In this document: positions 40,304-49,961 of the stretch, one piece after another
Layout: every line of letters starts with the position of its first letter
How positions within the stretch are numbered: the first letter of the stretch is position 1
Assembly (NCBI GenBank): GCA_943788175.1
Contig: CALSPG010000006.1
Location: 160,001-224,000, forward strand
Origin: an uncultured bacterium
GTDB lineage: Bacteria; Fidelibacterota; Marinisomatia; Marinisomatales; UBA1611
Reading direction: 5' to 3'
DNA: 64,000 nucleotides
Program-made: the position numbers and the translations under genes
Notes under the pieces: generated by a model
The model's input: only the letters and a program-made list of their open reading frames with translations
Told to the model about the DNA's origin: nothing
Database searches by the model: none

Positions 40304-40308
40304 AGGTA

Positions 40309-41304
40309 TTAAGGCACTTCAATTTTTTCAAAGAGCCTTGATATAACTTGGTCAGTAGATAATTCTTCAGCCTCAGCTTCATAAGTTAATATTACCCTAT
40401 GCCTCAATATATCGGCACCTATGTATCTAATGTCCTCAGGCGTCACATATCCCCTGCCATCGGTAAATGCTCTAGCCTTTGCAGCTCTAACGATATTAAT
40501 GGTTGCCCTAGGCGATGCACCTACATCAATTATCCCATCAAGATCTTTAAGATTATATTTTAGCGGGTCTCTGGTTGCAAAGATTAAATTTAATATATAA
40601 TCTTCTACTTTCTCATCAACATAAATATCTTTTATTATATTTTGTGCTTCAATTATTTTTTCAGGCTTAACAATTGGATTTTCTTCTGCGTTCTTCGAGG
40701 ATTGAGTATTTAACCTCATTAGTTTTTTTTCAGAATCAATATCTGGATAACTAACAATTAGCTTAAACATAAAACGATCTACCTGAGCCTCTGGTAATGG
40801 ATAAGTACCTTCTTGCTCAAGAGGGTTTTGAGTTGCTAAGACTAAAAAAGGAAGATTCATTTTAAAAGTATTTTCGCCAATGGTCACTTGTTTTTCTTGC
40901 ATTGCTTCTAGAAGAGCACTTTGAACTTTTGCAGGAGACCTATTTATTTCATCAGCAAGGATAATATTTGAAAATATCGGACCTTTTCTTGTATCGAACT
41001 CTCCAGATTTTTGATTGTAAATTAATGTACCTATCAAATCAGCAGGAAGCATGTCTGGTGTAAATTGAATTCTTTGGAAACCTGTGCTAATCGACGAAGC
41101 CAACGTTTTTACAGTTAGTGTTTTAGCAAGTCCGGGTACACCTTCTAAAAGCATATGGCCATCTGCAAGCATACAAATAATAATTTTATCTAGAAGGGTT
41201 TTTTGGCCAACTACTTTTTTTTGGAGACCATCTTTTAATGGTTGTACAAAATCAGAGGCCTCTGATATACGATCATTAATAGCTGATAAACTAAACTCAT
41301 TCAT
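40309..41304 (-). CDS. moxR: MoxR-family AAA+ ATPase
   Basis: GVPGLAKT, RIQFTPDMLPAD, DEINR, ATQNPLEQEGTYPLPEAQVDRF. Confidence 0.93.
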   Translation of the reverse strand: MNEFSLSAINDRISEASDFVQPLKDGLQKKVVGQKTLLDKIIICMLADGHMLLEGVPGLAKTLTVKTLASSISTGFQRIQFTPDMLPADLIGTLIYNQKSGEFDTRKGPIFSNIILADEINRSPAKVQSALLEAMQEKQVTIGENTFKMNLPFLVLATQNPLEQEGTYPLPEAQVDRFMFKLIVSYPDIDSEKKLMRLNTQSSKNAEENPIVKPEKIIEAQNIIKDIYVDEKVEDYILNLIFATRDPLKYNLKDLDGIIDVGASPRATINIVRAAKARAFTDGRGYVTPEDIRYIGADILRHRVILTYEAEAEELSTDQVISRLFEKIEVP

Positions 41305-41320
41305 TTTATAAATTTGATAT

Positions 41321-42058
41321 TTAAGAAGTAATGTGTTTTAAAGCGGGAATTTCATTGATATCTTTTCCAAGATAATCAATTTCAAATTTGACTGATGGAT
41401 ACAACTCATGCTTAGGGAAATTATCTAAAAATACTTGATATTCTTTACGAGCTGAATCGAAATCTTTTAAGACATTCGCATATATGTAGCCTATCATAAA
41501 CTGCGCAAGTGCCTCTTCTTTAGAGCCAATGTATTTAGATAGAACAATTCGATATTCTGTTAATGCTTTTTCAAAATCTCTTAGATCATTCATATAAATA
41601 TCACCAACTATATACTGAGCTTTAGATGCCAATTCGTGTTTAGGAAAGTTTTTAACTAAGTAGTCGAGGTTATTAATCGACTCCATTGTCATTTTCCTTT
41701 TTCTCAACGTTTCAGCATTATTTATAATCCATCCCTGAAAAGCTTCTTTTTCTTTTTTTGCCTGCTTAGAATGCAAAGAATTTGGGTAGTTATTAATTGT
41801 TTTTTCAAGTGCTTCGATAAGATTTCCAGGGTCGTTTTTCCAATTTTTATATATGCTTGCTAATTTGTATTGTGCATATGAAGCAAGACTATCATTGGGG
41901 TATTTATCTAAAAGAGTATTTAAATTTTTAATAGCATCATCTTCCTGATTTTTATCAAGATTTGATTGCGCAAGATTAATTAAATCGGGCGCATTTTTTG
42001 CACATGAAATAAAAAGCATCAGAACAGGTAATATTAATAAGTTTTTAGATATATTCAT
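41321..42058 (-). CDS. TPR lipoprotein (BamD/YbgF-like)
   Basis: Lipobox FIS-C; repeated YP.S..A..AQY TPR-like units. Confidence 0.75.
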   Translation of the reverse strand: MNISKNLLILPVLMLFISCAKNAPDLINLAQSNLDKNQEDDAIKNLNTLLDKYPNDSLASYAQYKLASIYKNWKNDPGNLIEALEKTINNYPNSLHSKQAKKEKEAFQGWIINNAETLRKRKMTMESINNLDYLVKNFPKHELASKAQYIVGDIYMNDLRDFEKALTEYRIVLSKYIGSKEEALAQFMIGYIYANVLKDFDSARKEYQVFLDNFPKHELYPSVKFEIDYLGKDINEIPALKHITS

Positions 42059-42114
42059 TTTATTTGTTCTATTTAATTTGAATTAATTTAATATCAAATT
42101 TTAAGGATAACATT

Positions 42115-42142
42115 AATAACAAAATAAGATATTTTAAGTTCC
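42115..42142 (-). promoter_or_regulatory. Putative ECF-sigma promoter GGAACT-N16-GTTATT
   Basis: Upstream of the TPR lipoprotein; same motif at 14196 and 47873. Confidence 0.5.
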
Positions 42143-42155
42143 AAAATATATTCAA

Positions 42156-44003
42156 TTAAAATAGATATTGCACTCCAAAATTAATTTTTCCATTACTAAA
42201 AATGACTTTATTATCTATGCTAGGGATTGCATAATCAAACCTCACTGGCCCAAGTGGAGTTGCAAAAGTAAAACCAATCCCAACATCCCAACCCAATTTG
42301 CTTTTTACTAATTTATCAAAATTTTCAGAAAGAATGCCACCATCATAAAATAATGTCAACCCTAAGTTCTGATTAAATTGATGACGAAACTCTGAATTTA
42401 TAAGTAACCTATGTGTTCCACCCTTTGGGATATTTGTTTGATCATTAACAGTACTATATTTTAAAATTTCCCACCCTCTCATATTTGAACTTCCACCTAA
42501 ATAAAATTTTTCATAGCTATAATCGATATAAGAACTTTCCCAGAACCAAAATCTCCCTATTTTAAACCTTGTAGCCAAAACAGATTTTTTTGATATTCTT
42601 AAATACTTATTAAAAGAAATATCAATTTTATAATAATCTCTAGCACCACCTAAAAAATATCCCGTTGACTTAAAATAAAGATCTAATAAATATCCTGTTT
42701 TTGGAAATAACGGATCATCTTTTTTATCTATGTGCAATCTGAAAGAGAGTGATCTTTGTTGTAGATTTTTTATTGAATTAGTATTGCTCGATTGATCTAA
42801 TGCATTCACGCTATTATTGTCACTAAAATTTTCCCAAACAGTTGTGTTTTGAAAATACGATCTTTCATCAATCATAATTCTTTGTAGCATCTCAACTCCA
42901 TACCGCTCTACACGGTCAATATTTTCTTGATCATAATTTATTAATGTTTCATAAAAGCTATTTAGCTTAGTAGGCCAACGTATGCCAAAAATCCAATTTG
43001 AATCAAAACCGATATCATAACGAAGTCTTGGTAAATTAAAATTTGTTTCCCATGGAAACCCTACTAAAAACTTTGTAGAAAAATTTGAGTTGGTATTAAA
43101 AATCGACCTGTTTCGCCATTCTATAAAACCACCTAAAGAGGGTAATGGATCTAATCCTTCATAAAATTCTATTGGCTCAAAGCCACCGACTGATAACCAT
43201 TCTCTTTGCTTATATTCATTTAAGGATATGACCATATTTACTATCGAATCTGAATCTGTAACTTTCACTGGAGTAATATTTATAAGAGAATAAATATCAG
43301 TCTCTTTTAATCTTCTCTTAGACTTTTCTACCTTATCAGGATCAAAATAATCACCCTTTTTATAAATCAATTCTCTTTCTACTAGAACACCATCTTTAGA
43401 AGCAATGCCTTCAATATATGTTTTCCCAATAAATACATCTTTACCTTCTTGAATATTTATATTAATTGCAACTGAATCACCTATAATTGGCTCTATTTCT
43501 ATTAATGAAAATAATTTTGAAAAAAGTTCCAATTTTTTTTGCAAACTCGCAACCCTCTCGTTAAGTAAAACACTATTAAAAGGATCATTTTTAAATAGTT
43601 TAAGTGTCCGTTGAATTTCATGAGAAGATAGACTCAAGTTGCCACTAATGTTTACTTCAGAAATAAAAAATTGTTTTCCTTCACTAACATTAAAAACAAT
43701 ATCAGCTTCATTATTGTGAAATGATGCAGATTCTTTAACATCTGCCAATAAAAAACCTTTAGAAATAAAATAATTTTTTAAAGTCAAGGCATCCATTTTT
43801 AAAAGGCGATTATTAAATGGCCTACCTTTGAATGTAAAAGAGAAATTTGACGGCCGTTGTCTGAGCAATGGCATTAGCTCTTTCTTTTTTATAGATTTAT
43901 TTCCATCAATGCTGACAGACTTGATCTTAATTGCTTCTTCCTGAGCAATAAGATTACAAAAGATTGAAAAGCCTAAAATGGCGATGTAAAAATATTTTAT
44001 CAC
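42156..44003 (-). CDS. Omp85-family outer-membrane protein (TamA/BamA-like)
   Basis: Signal peptide, POTRA-like repeats (I.GN), FYLGGSSNMRGW, TPLGPVRFDY, terminal Phe. Confidence 0.88.
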   Translation of the reverse strand: MIKYFYIAILGFSIFCNLIAQEEAIKIKSVSIDGNKSIKKKELMPLLRQRPSNFSFTFKGRPFNNRLLKMDALTLKNYFISKGFLLADVKESASFHNNEADIVFNVSEGKQFFISEVNISGNLSLSSHEIQRTLKLFKNDPFNSVLLNERVASLQKKLELFSKLFSLIEIEPIIGDSVAININIQEGKDVFIGKTYIEGIASKDGVLVERELIYKKGDYFDPDKVEKSKRRLKETDIYSLINITPVKVTDSDSIVNMVISLNEYKQREWLSVGGFEPIEFYEGLDPLPSLGGFIEWRNRSIFNTNSNFSTKFLVGFPWETNFNLPRLRYDIGFDSNWIFGIRWPTKLNSFYETLINYDQENIDRVERYGVEMLQRIMIDERSYFQNTTVWENFSDNNSVNALDQSSNTNSIKNLQQRSLSFRLHIDKKDDPLFPKTGYLLDLYFKSTGYFLGGARDYYKIDISFNKYLRISKKSVLATRFKIGRFWFWESSYIDYSYEKFYLGGSSNMRGWEILKYSTVNDQTNIPKGGTHRLLINSEFRHQFNQNLGLTLFYDGGILSENFDKLVKSKLGWDVGIGFTFATPLGPVRFDYAIPSIDNKVIFSNGKINFGVQYLF

Positions 44004-44027
44004 GTATTATTTATCTTTTATATAGAA

Positions 44028-47000
44028 CTAATAAGCGTATCTGTAACGATACTTAAGATGTAAGTTACCCTTATCATCCATGTTCCCTACAAGAGATAAA
44101 TTACGATTTAATTTATATTCTACACCAATTTGTAATTGATCAGGGTTTGTAAGCGAAAATGATTTTTTATAGGATAAATTCGCATATGTTTTACTTCCAA
44201 ATTTCTTTTTAGCAGAAATCTTAAAATCTTCTAATTCATTTCGCTCGCTAGCAGATAAGTTTTGACCACTTATAAAACTAGCAGTTCCTGAAACATCAAT
44301 TTCATCAGGTTTAAGCAATTTTAGAGAAGACATCTCTTCAAGATTTTTCTCTAATTGAGTTTCAAGTAGCGAGCCAAGAACTGAAGTTGCTTGAACACCA
44401 AACCCGTTAGACAACATTGATTGATCTTCAAATCTAGAGCCAAAAGTTAATAATTCTATAATATCACTCTCAGAGAACCCGCTTGATGATTCAAGTACTA
44501 GGTCTGCATTATCTAAATCACCTTTGACTCGAAGTCTTATTTCTTCATCAGCTATCGTTGTAGAAGCTATTAAGTCCATATCGGGGTTTATACCATTATT
44601 GTCAAAATAGACATAACCATTTAGGCCTGAAAAATTATCTTTAAATGATAGAATTGAGCCGTCATCGATAAATACTTCACCCCCAATATTCCAAAAATCA
44701 TTCCCGGTTTTTGATAGGCTAATCTCTCCAATCATTATTGCATCAACCTGTGAATTTTGAAATCGCCCTTCATTTTTTATAGGAACATTTATGCTGTATG
44801 ACATAATAATTCCATCGTTAGTTACTAACCTTTCTCCTACGTCTTCAGATATAAATTCATGGAAAAGAGTCATATCAGCTACCTCAACGAGCCCAGTAAT
44901 GTTAACAGTATCTTTTCCAAAAACTTTTACATTAATTGAATCGACAACGCCAACCAGATCTATTGGCATTGCTTCTATATAAATGTTTTTATTATTTATT
45001 GAATTAACTGTAATATTGTAGTCAGGTTCAAAAAATTTAGAAAAATCTATGCTCCCAGAAACCATAATATTATCGTGATCTTCATTTGATTTTTTATTAT
45101 TATCTACTGAAGCACCATTCATATAACTAATTACTAATTCATTCTTTTTTAATAACGCATTTCCATCAACACTTGTAATAGGATTATCTAATAATGTTGT
45201 AAAAACACTCGAATTAGAAATTGAAATATTACCATTTCTTATTATCGATTTTGCATTCCCGCTTAAGGAAAGATTAATGCTAACATCGCCTCTTATAGAG
45301 TCCAACTCTGAAACATACGAACTCAAAAAGAACATTGATTTTAAATAAGCAGAAGCTTGATAATCGATTGGTGCTTGTTCAAAAAATTGACCAAAATTAT
45401 TAGAGCCCAAATTTAAATCAAATGGAATATCTCCCTTAGACTTTATACTTTCAAACCCATTAAGTGAGTTAGCATATTCGACAGATAATAACTTACCACT
45501 ATAAAAACCTTTGCTTTTCACCTTACCAAGTTGTAGCCGATCAAAAACTGCGTTTTTAATAGACACATTATAATCGATTTCAGTTTTTTCTAATTTCCCG
45601 CCAATTTTTAATTCTCCTGATGCAATCCCTTCTAAATTGAAAAATTTTGGTATTAGCCTATGAACCATTGAAAGAGGCAAATCTTTGAATGTTGCATTTA
45701 AAGAAACATCTGCTTGTTTCGATGGTGCTTTTGTCGTGGGTAAGATACCAGAAAGTTGAAAACCTAAGGTTGTATCGCTAGTAAAAGAAAAATCATCAAT
45801 TATGACATTACCAGAATTCAACATAAAAGAAAGAGTCATTTGGTCATAACTATTTCCAAGATATGATCCTTTTTTTAGAGCAACATCAACATCATATTTT
45901 AATTTTTTCCCATAATCTTGAAAAGAAATTTCACCAAAGACTATTCCCGATAAATCCAAATATTTATTATCCATAAATTGAGTTATGACATTAGCATCAA
46001 AGTTAGACATTTTTAATCTGCCCTCAGAACTCGAACCAAAAGTTAAAACGCCATCTAAAATACCATCATTGATATGGATTTCAAACGGATCAACTGATAC
46101 TGCACTATCTTGATACATTACAAAAATTGGCTTAGCATTAACAAGATAATTATTTTGATAAGCTGATTGAACCCTATCAATCTTATATTTATTTTTTGAA
46201 AGCCATGAACCAGATATAAGTAAATAATCATTGCCAGCTTTGAAATGGCAATTCTCGATAATCATTCTATTTTTAGAAAAAGATATATCCAATGTCCCAG
46301 AATCAAAATTTTCACTCCTCCATTTCCCTCCATCAATTTTAAGATTCACGAAACCAGATGGAAAATCTGAATCAGACTCCATCTCAGAATGAAAATTAAT
46401 TGCTCTCATTGAAAAATCTTTATACCTGATATTTTGACAGTTCAAATCAGCAACGACATCTGGCTTATCAATTGTCCCTCTAATAATAAGCTTTCCAGTG
46501 GCCACTCCACCTTTAAATTCATCCATCCAAAAATTATTTATTATCTCAATATCTGCATTTTCTAATTCAGATATAATATTAACACTCCGTGTTTTTAAAT
46601 CAACTTCACCATCAATGGATAAAATACTCTCTCCAATGATTAACATAACAGGGTCAACAGTAGAAATAGTGCTATCACTGTATAGAATAGTCCCATGAAA
46701 AGAACTTTCATCACTCATTAAGACTCCGTATTCTGCAACTTCTAGAGTTAATTCAATATTTTCGAGTGCATTGTTTTTATTCATTGAGCCTTCTAAAATT
46801 GCCATTCCAGAAAGTAATGTGGCTTCTTGCTCAATTAACCAGCGACTTAAATCAAGGCTATCTAAGTAAAAATAACCACTGATTCGTTGATCTTTTTCCC
46901 ACACTCCATTTACTCTTAAATTTGAATCCTCACCATTCAATTTTAAAGATTTTAGCAAAATATTATCTTCGGATTTAACAATATCAATATTTCCCGCCAT

Positions 47001-47828
47001 TTTAAGACCAAGTTCATTTGAAATAGATAACTCGCCACTAAGATTACCTTTAATCGAATGAAAGTCTACCTTTCCAGAAATTTTTTCAAATTTCCCTTTC
47101 AAAGGTGTTTTACTAAATAATTCTTTTGATATAGCAAATTCTGCTATATCAAGTGAACCGAAAATTTTTTCTTCTTTTTCAAGATAAAGCATTTTACCAT
47201 TTACAGGAGCATTACCAATTTTCCCTGAAAAATTTTTTACAATTAGGCTGTCATTATTAGTAATTAAATCGAAGTCATCCATTTGAAACAATATAGAACT
47301 ATCACCCTCATTTTTTAAACTCAATCTGCTTAAGTCTAATTTCAGTTCATCTTTCAATAAAACCTTTCCTTCAACATAACCGTTAAAGAACAATATTTCT
47401 TTTTGAAATTGTATTGGTATTTGCCCTCCAACCGAGAACCTATCAACCCTAATTGGAAATTTTTGAATTTTAAGAATATTGCTCTCGAAAGACTGTCTAG
47501 TTGAATCTATTAAAATTCCTTCAATAAATATTTTATCAAAAGATATGACACCAAATAATGAATAAGCATAATCAACATTAATTGTGAAATTGTCTATAAA
47601 TATATTGCCAAAAGAAGGATGTGTAACCTGCAATTCTCGCCCTTTTATATCTGATAATAAATTACCAGACATGCTAACCGATTGAACACTTATATCAAAT
47701 TTATTTAGCGCGTTATTTACCTGTTTTATTATAAAAGGCTGCCAAAAAAAAGAATAACTGAAAAAGTATAGAACTAGAATGCCAAAAAAGGCATATAATA
47801 CTTTTGATGTTTTAATTTTATGAAACAT
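44028..47828 (-). CDS. TamB-like translocation and assembly protein
   Basis: N-terminal anchor, long beta-rich body, C-terminal DUF490-like region (SESDIIELLTFG...GVEYKL...Y.Y.Y); adjacent to the Omp85 gene. Confidence 0.75.
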   Translation of the reverse strand: MFHKIKTSKVLYAFFGILVLYFFSYSFFWQPFIIKQVNNALNKFDISVQSVSMSGNLLSDIKGRELQVTHPSFGNIFIDNFTINVDYAYSLFGVISFDKIFIEGILIDSTRQSFESNILKIQKFPIRVDRFSVGGQIPIQFQKEILFFNGYVEGKVLLKDELKLDLSRLSLKNEGDSSILFQMDDFDLITNNDSLIVKNFSGKIGNAPVNGKMLYLEKEEKIFGSLDIAEFAISKELFSKTPLKGKFEKISGKVDFHSIKGNLSGELSISNELGLKMAGNIDIVKSEDNILLKSLKLNGEDSNLRVNGVWEKDQRISGYFYLDSLDLSRWLIEQEATLLSGMAILEGSMNKNNALENIELTLEVAEYGVLMSDESSFHGTILYSDSTISTVDPVMLIIGESILSIDGEVDLKTRSVNIISELENADIEIINNFWMDEFKGGVATGKLIIRGTIDKPDVVADLNCQNIRYKDFSMRAINFHSEMESDSDFPSGFVNLKIDGGKWRSENFDSGTLDISFSKNRMIIENCHFKAGNDYLLISGSWLSKNKYKIDRVQSAYQNNYLVNAKPIFVMYQDSAVSVDPFEIHINDGILDGVLTFGSSSEGRLKMSNFDANVITQFMDNKYLDLSGIVFGEISFQDYGKKLKYDVDVALKKGSYLGNSYDQMTLSFMLNSGNVIIDDFSFTSDTTLGFQLSGILPTTKAPSKQADVSLNATFKDLPLSMVHRLIPKFFNLEGIASGELKIGGKLEKTEIDYNVSIKNAVFDRLQLGKVKSKGFYSGKLLSVEYANSLNGFESIKSKGDIPFDLNLGSNNFGQFFEQAPIDYQASAYLKSMFFLSSYVSELDSIRGDVSINLSLSGNAKSIIRNGNISISNSSVFTTLLDNPITSVDGNALLKKNELVISYMNGASVDNNKKSNEDHDNIMVSGSIDFSKFFEPDYNITVNSINNKNIYIEAMPIDLVGVVDSINVKVFGKDTVNITGLVEVADMTLFHEFISEDVGERLVTNDGIIMSYSINVPIKNEGRFQNSQVDAIMIGEISLSKTGNDFWNIGGEVFIDDGSILSFKDNFSGLNGYVYFDNNGINPDMDLIASTTIADEEIRLRVKGDLDNADLVLESSSGFSESDIIELLTFGSRFEDQSMLSNGFGVQATSVLGSLLETQLEKNLEEMSSLKLLKPDEIDVSGTASFISGQNLSASERNELEDFKISAKKKFGSKTYANLSYKKSFSLTNPDQLQIGVEYKLNRNLSLVGNMDDKGNLHLKYRYRYAY

Positions 47829-47845
47829 AAATACAATTCATAATT

Positions 47846-47873
47846 ATAAACTACTTAGAGATGGAGGAGTTCC
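47846..47873 (-). promoter_or_regulatory. Putative ECF-sigma promoter GGAACT-N16-GTTTAT
   Basis: Lies between the dnaK terminator and the tamB-like start. Confidence 0.5.
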
Positions 47874-47875
47874 AA

Positions 47876-47909
47876 AAACAAAAAAAGCGTTCATAATAGA
47901 ACGCTTTTT
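47876..47909 (-). terminator. Rho-independent terminator after dnaK
   Basis: AAAAAGCGTTC-loop-GAACGCTTTTTTT. Confidence 0.88.
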
Positions 47910-47930
47910 GCAACGAATAGACTGAGAAAT

Positions 47931-49826
47931 TCAATCAACTACTTCAAAATCAGCATCTTCAATTTCATCTTTACTTTTACTTTTTTTCGTACCTTCAGAT
48001 TTTGCGCTTTGTTCAGTCGCATCCGGTTCTTCTGGCTGGTGTAATTTTGAAGCAACTTGAGACCAAGATTTATTTAACTCTTCGAGCGCCTTTTTCATAT
48101 CAGCAACATTACCACTTTCTTTAGACTTTTTAAGATGGTCTAACTTTTCATTAATCATGGATTTATCTTCGCTTGATAACTTATCATCATTTTCTTTAAT
48201 ACTCTTTTCAATCTCATAAATGAGATGCTCAGATTGGTTAGAAATATCTATTTTTTCTCTCTTTTCTTTATCTTTCTGCTCGTTTTTCTTAGAGTCATTT
48301 ATCATTTTTTCTATTTCTGCTTCTGATATTCCGCTCGAAGCTTCAATTCTAATACTTTGCTCTTTACCTGTTGCCTTATCTTGAGCACCAACATTCAAAA
48401 TACCATTCGCATCTATATCAAATGTCACCTCTATTTGTGGAACACCTCTGGGTGATGGCGGGATGTCTGCTAGATGAAATCTTCCAATTGTTTTATTATC
48501 CGAAGCCATTTCTCTTTCACCTTGTAGAACATGAATTTCAACAGTGGTTTGATTGTCAGCTGCGGTACTAAAAACCTGTGACTTTTTTGTTGGTATTGTT
48601 GTGTTACGCTCAATTAGTTTTGTTGAAACAGAACCCAATGTTTCTATTCCCAGAGAAAGCGGGGTAACATCGAGCAATAATACATCATCAACATCACCAG
48701 CTAAAACACCACCCTGTATTGCAGCGCCTAAGGCAACTACTTCATCTGGATTTACACTTTTATTTGGTTCTTTACCAAAGATTTCTTTCACTTTTTCTTG
48801 AATACTAGGTATACGAGTAGAACCTCCAACAAGGATAACTTCATCGATGTCAGAAGCATTTAAACCAGCATCAGACATAGCTTTTTTGCATGGATCAATA
48901 GTGCGATCAACAAGATCATTTACAAGCTCGTCAAATTTAGCTCTGGTTAAATTTAGATTTAGATGTTTCGGACCAGATGCATCTGCAGTGACAAAAGGTA
49001 GGTTTATATCTGTTTGCTTTGATGAAGAAAGTTCTTTTTTTGCAGCTTCTCCGGCCTCCTTTAATCTTTGAAGCGCCATTGGATCTTCTCGGAGGTCTAT
49101 CCCATCACTCTTTTTAAATTCTTCAGCAATCCAATTGATGACTTTTTGATCAAAGTCATCTCCACCTAAATGCCCATCACCATTAGATGCTTTTACTTCA
49201 AAAACACCATCACCGAGTTCTAGTATAGAAACATCAAATGTCCCTCCGCCTAGATCAAAAACAGCAATTTTTTCATCTTTTTTCTTGTCCATGCCATATG
49301 CCAGCGCTGCAGCTGTGGGTTCATTAATAATACGCCTGACATTGAGACCCGCGATTTTTCCAGCGTCTTTAGTAGCTTGCCTTTGTGAGTCATTAAAGTA
49401 AGCGGGGACAGTAATAACTGCATCTGATATTTTACTACCCAAATATTCTTCAGCGTCTTGTTTTAATTTTTGTAAAACCATGGCACTAATTTCAGGAGGA
49501 GTATATTCTTTCCCATTTGCTTTAACGATGACAGCGCCATTCGAATTCTTATCAACATTATATGGTACCTCAGAAATTTCATTACTGACTTCTTTAAACA
49601 TCCTACCCATAAATCTTTTGATGGAGAAGATTGTGTTTTCTGGGTTCGTGACAGCTTGTCTTTTAGCTGTTTGACCAACAAGCCTATCCTCATCTTTAGA
49701 AAAAGCTACAACTGAAGGCGTCGTCCTACCACCTTCAGGATTTGTAATTACTGTTGGTTCACCACCTTCAAGCACAGATACGCATGAATTAGTAGTACCT
49801 AAATCAATCCCAATTATTTTAGACAT
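47931..49826 (-). CDS. dnaK: Chaperone DnaK
   Basis: [39 protein letters not shown]. Confidence 0.98.
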   Translation of the reverse strand: MSKIIGIDLGTTNSCVSVLEGGEPTVITNPEGGRTTPSVVAFSKDEDRLVGQTAKRQAVTNPENTIFSIKRFMGRMFKEVSNEISEVPYNVDKNSNGAVIVKANGKEYTPPEISAMVLQKLKQDAEEYLGSKISDAVITVPAYFNDSQRQATKDAGKIAGLNVRRIINEPTAAALAYGMDKKKDEKIAVFDLGGGTFDVSILELGDGVFEVKASNGDGHLGGDDFDQKVINWIAEEFKKSDGIDLREDPMALQRLKEAGEAAKKELSSSKQTDINLPFVTADASGPKHLNLNLTRAKFDELVNDLVDRTIDPCKKAMSDAGLNASDIDEVILVGGSTRIPSIQEKVKEIFGKEPNKSVNPDEVVALGAAIQGGVLAGDVDDVLLLDVTPLSLGIETLGSVSTKLIERNTTIPTKKSQVFSTAADNQTTVEIHVLQGEREMASDNKTIGRFHLADIPPSPRGVPQIEVTFDIDANGILNVGAQDKATGKEQSIRIEASSGISEAEIEKMINDSKKNEQKDKEKREKIDISNQSEHLIYEIEKSIKENDDKLSSEDKSMINEKLDHLKKSKESGNVADMKKALEELNKSWSQVASKLHQPEEPDATEQSAKSEGTKKSKSKDEIEDADFEVVD

Positions 49827-49868
49827 AATATTTCTCCAAAAAATTTAAAAGTTACTTAGCTAAATCAC

Positions 49869-49960
49869 GCAAGCAATATTCCACTGACGAGAATAGTACT
49901 ATTTGTCATATTATAATTCAGGCTCTCACAATTTGTCAGTAATATTTATACTGTTTTGTC
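49869..49960 (-). promoter_or_regulatory. Putative sigma54 promoter of dnaK with upstream TGACAAA repeats
   Basis: TGGAATATTGCTTGC (GG-N10-GC) at 49869-49883; TGACAAAT at 49901-49908 and 49931-49938; GACAAAA near 49960. Confidence 0.6.
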
Positions 49961-49961
49961 T

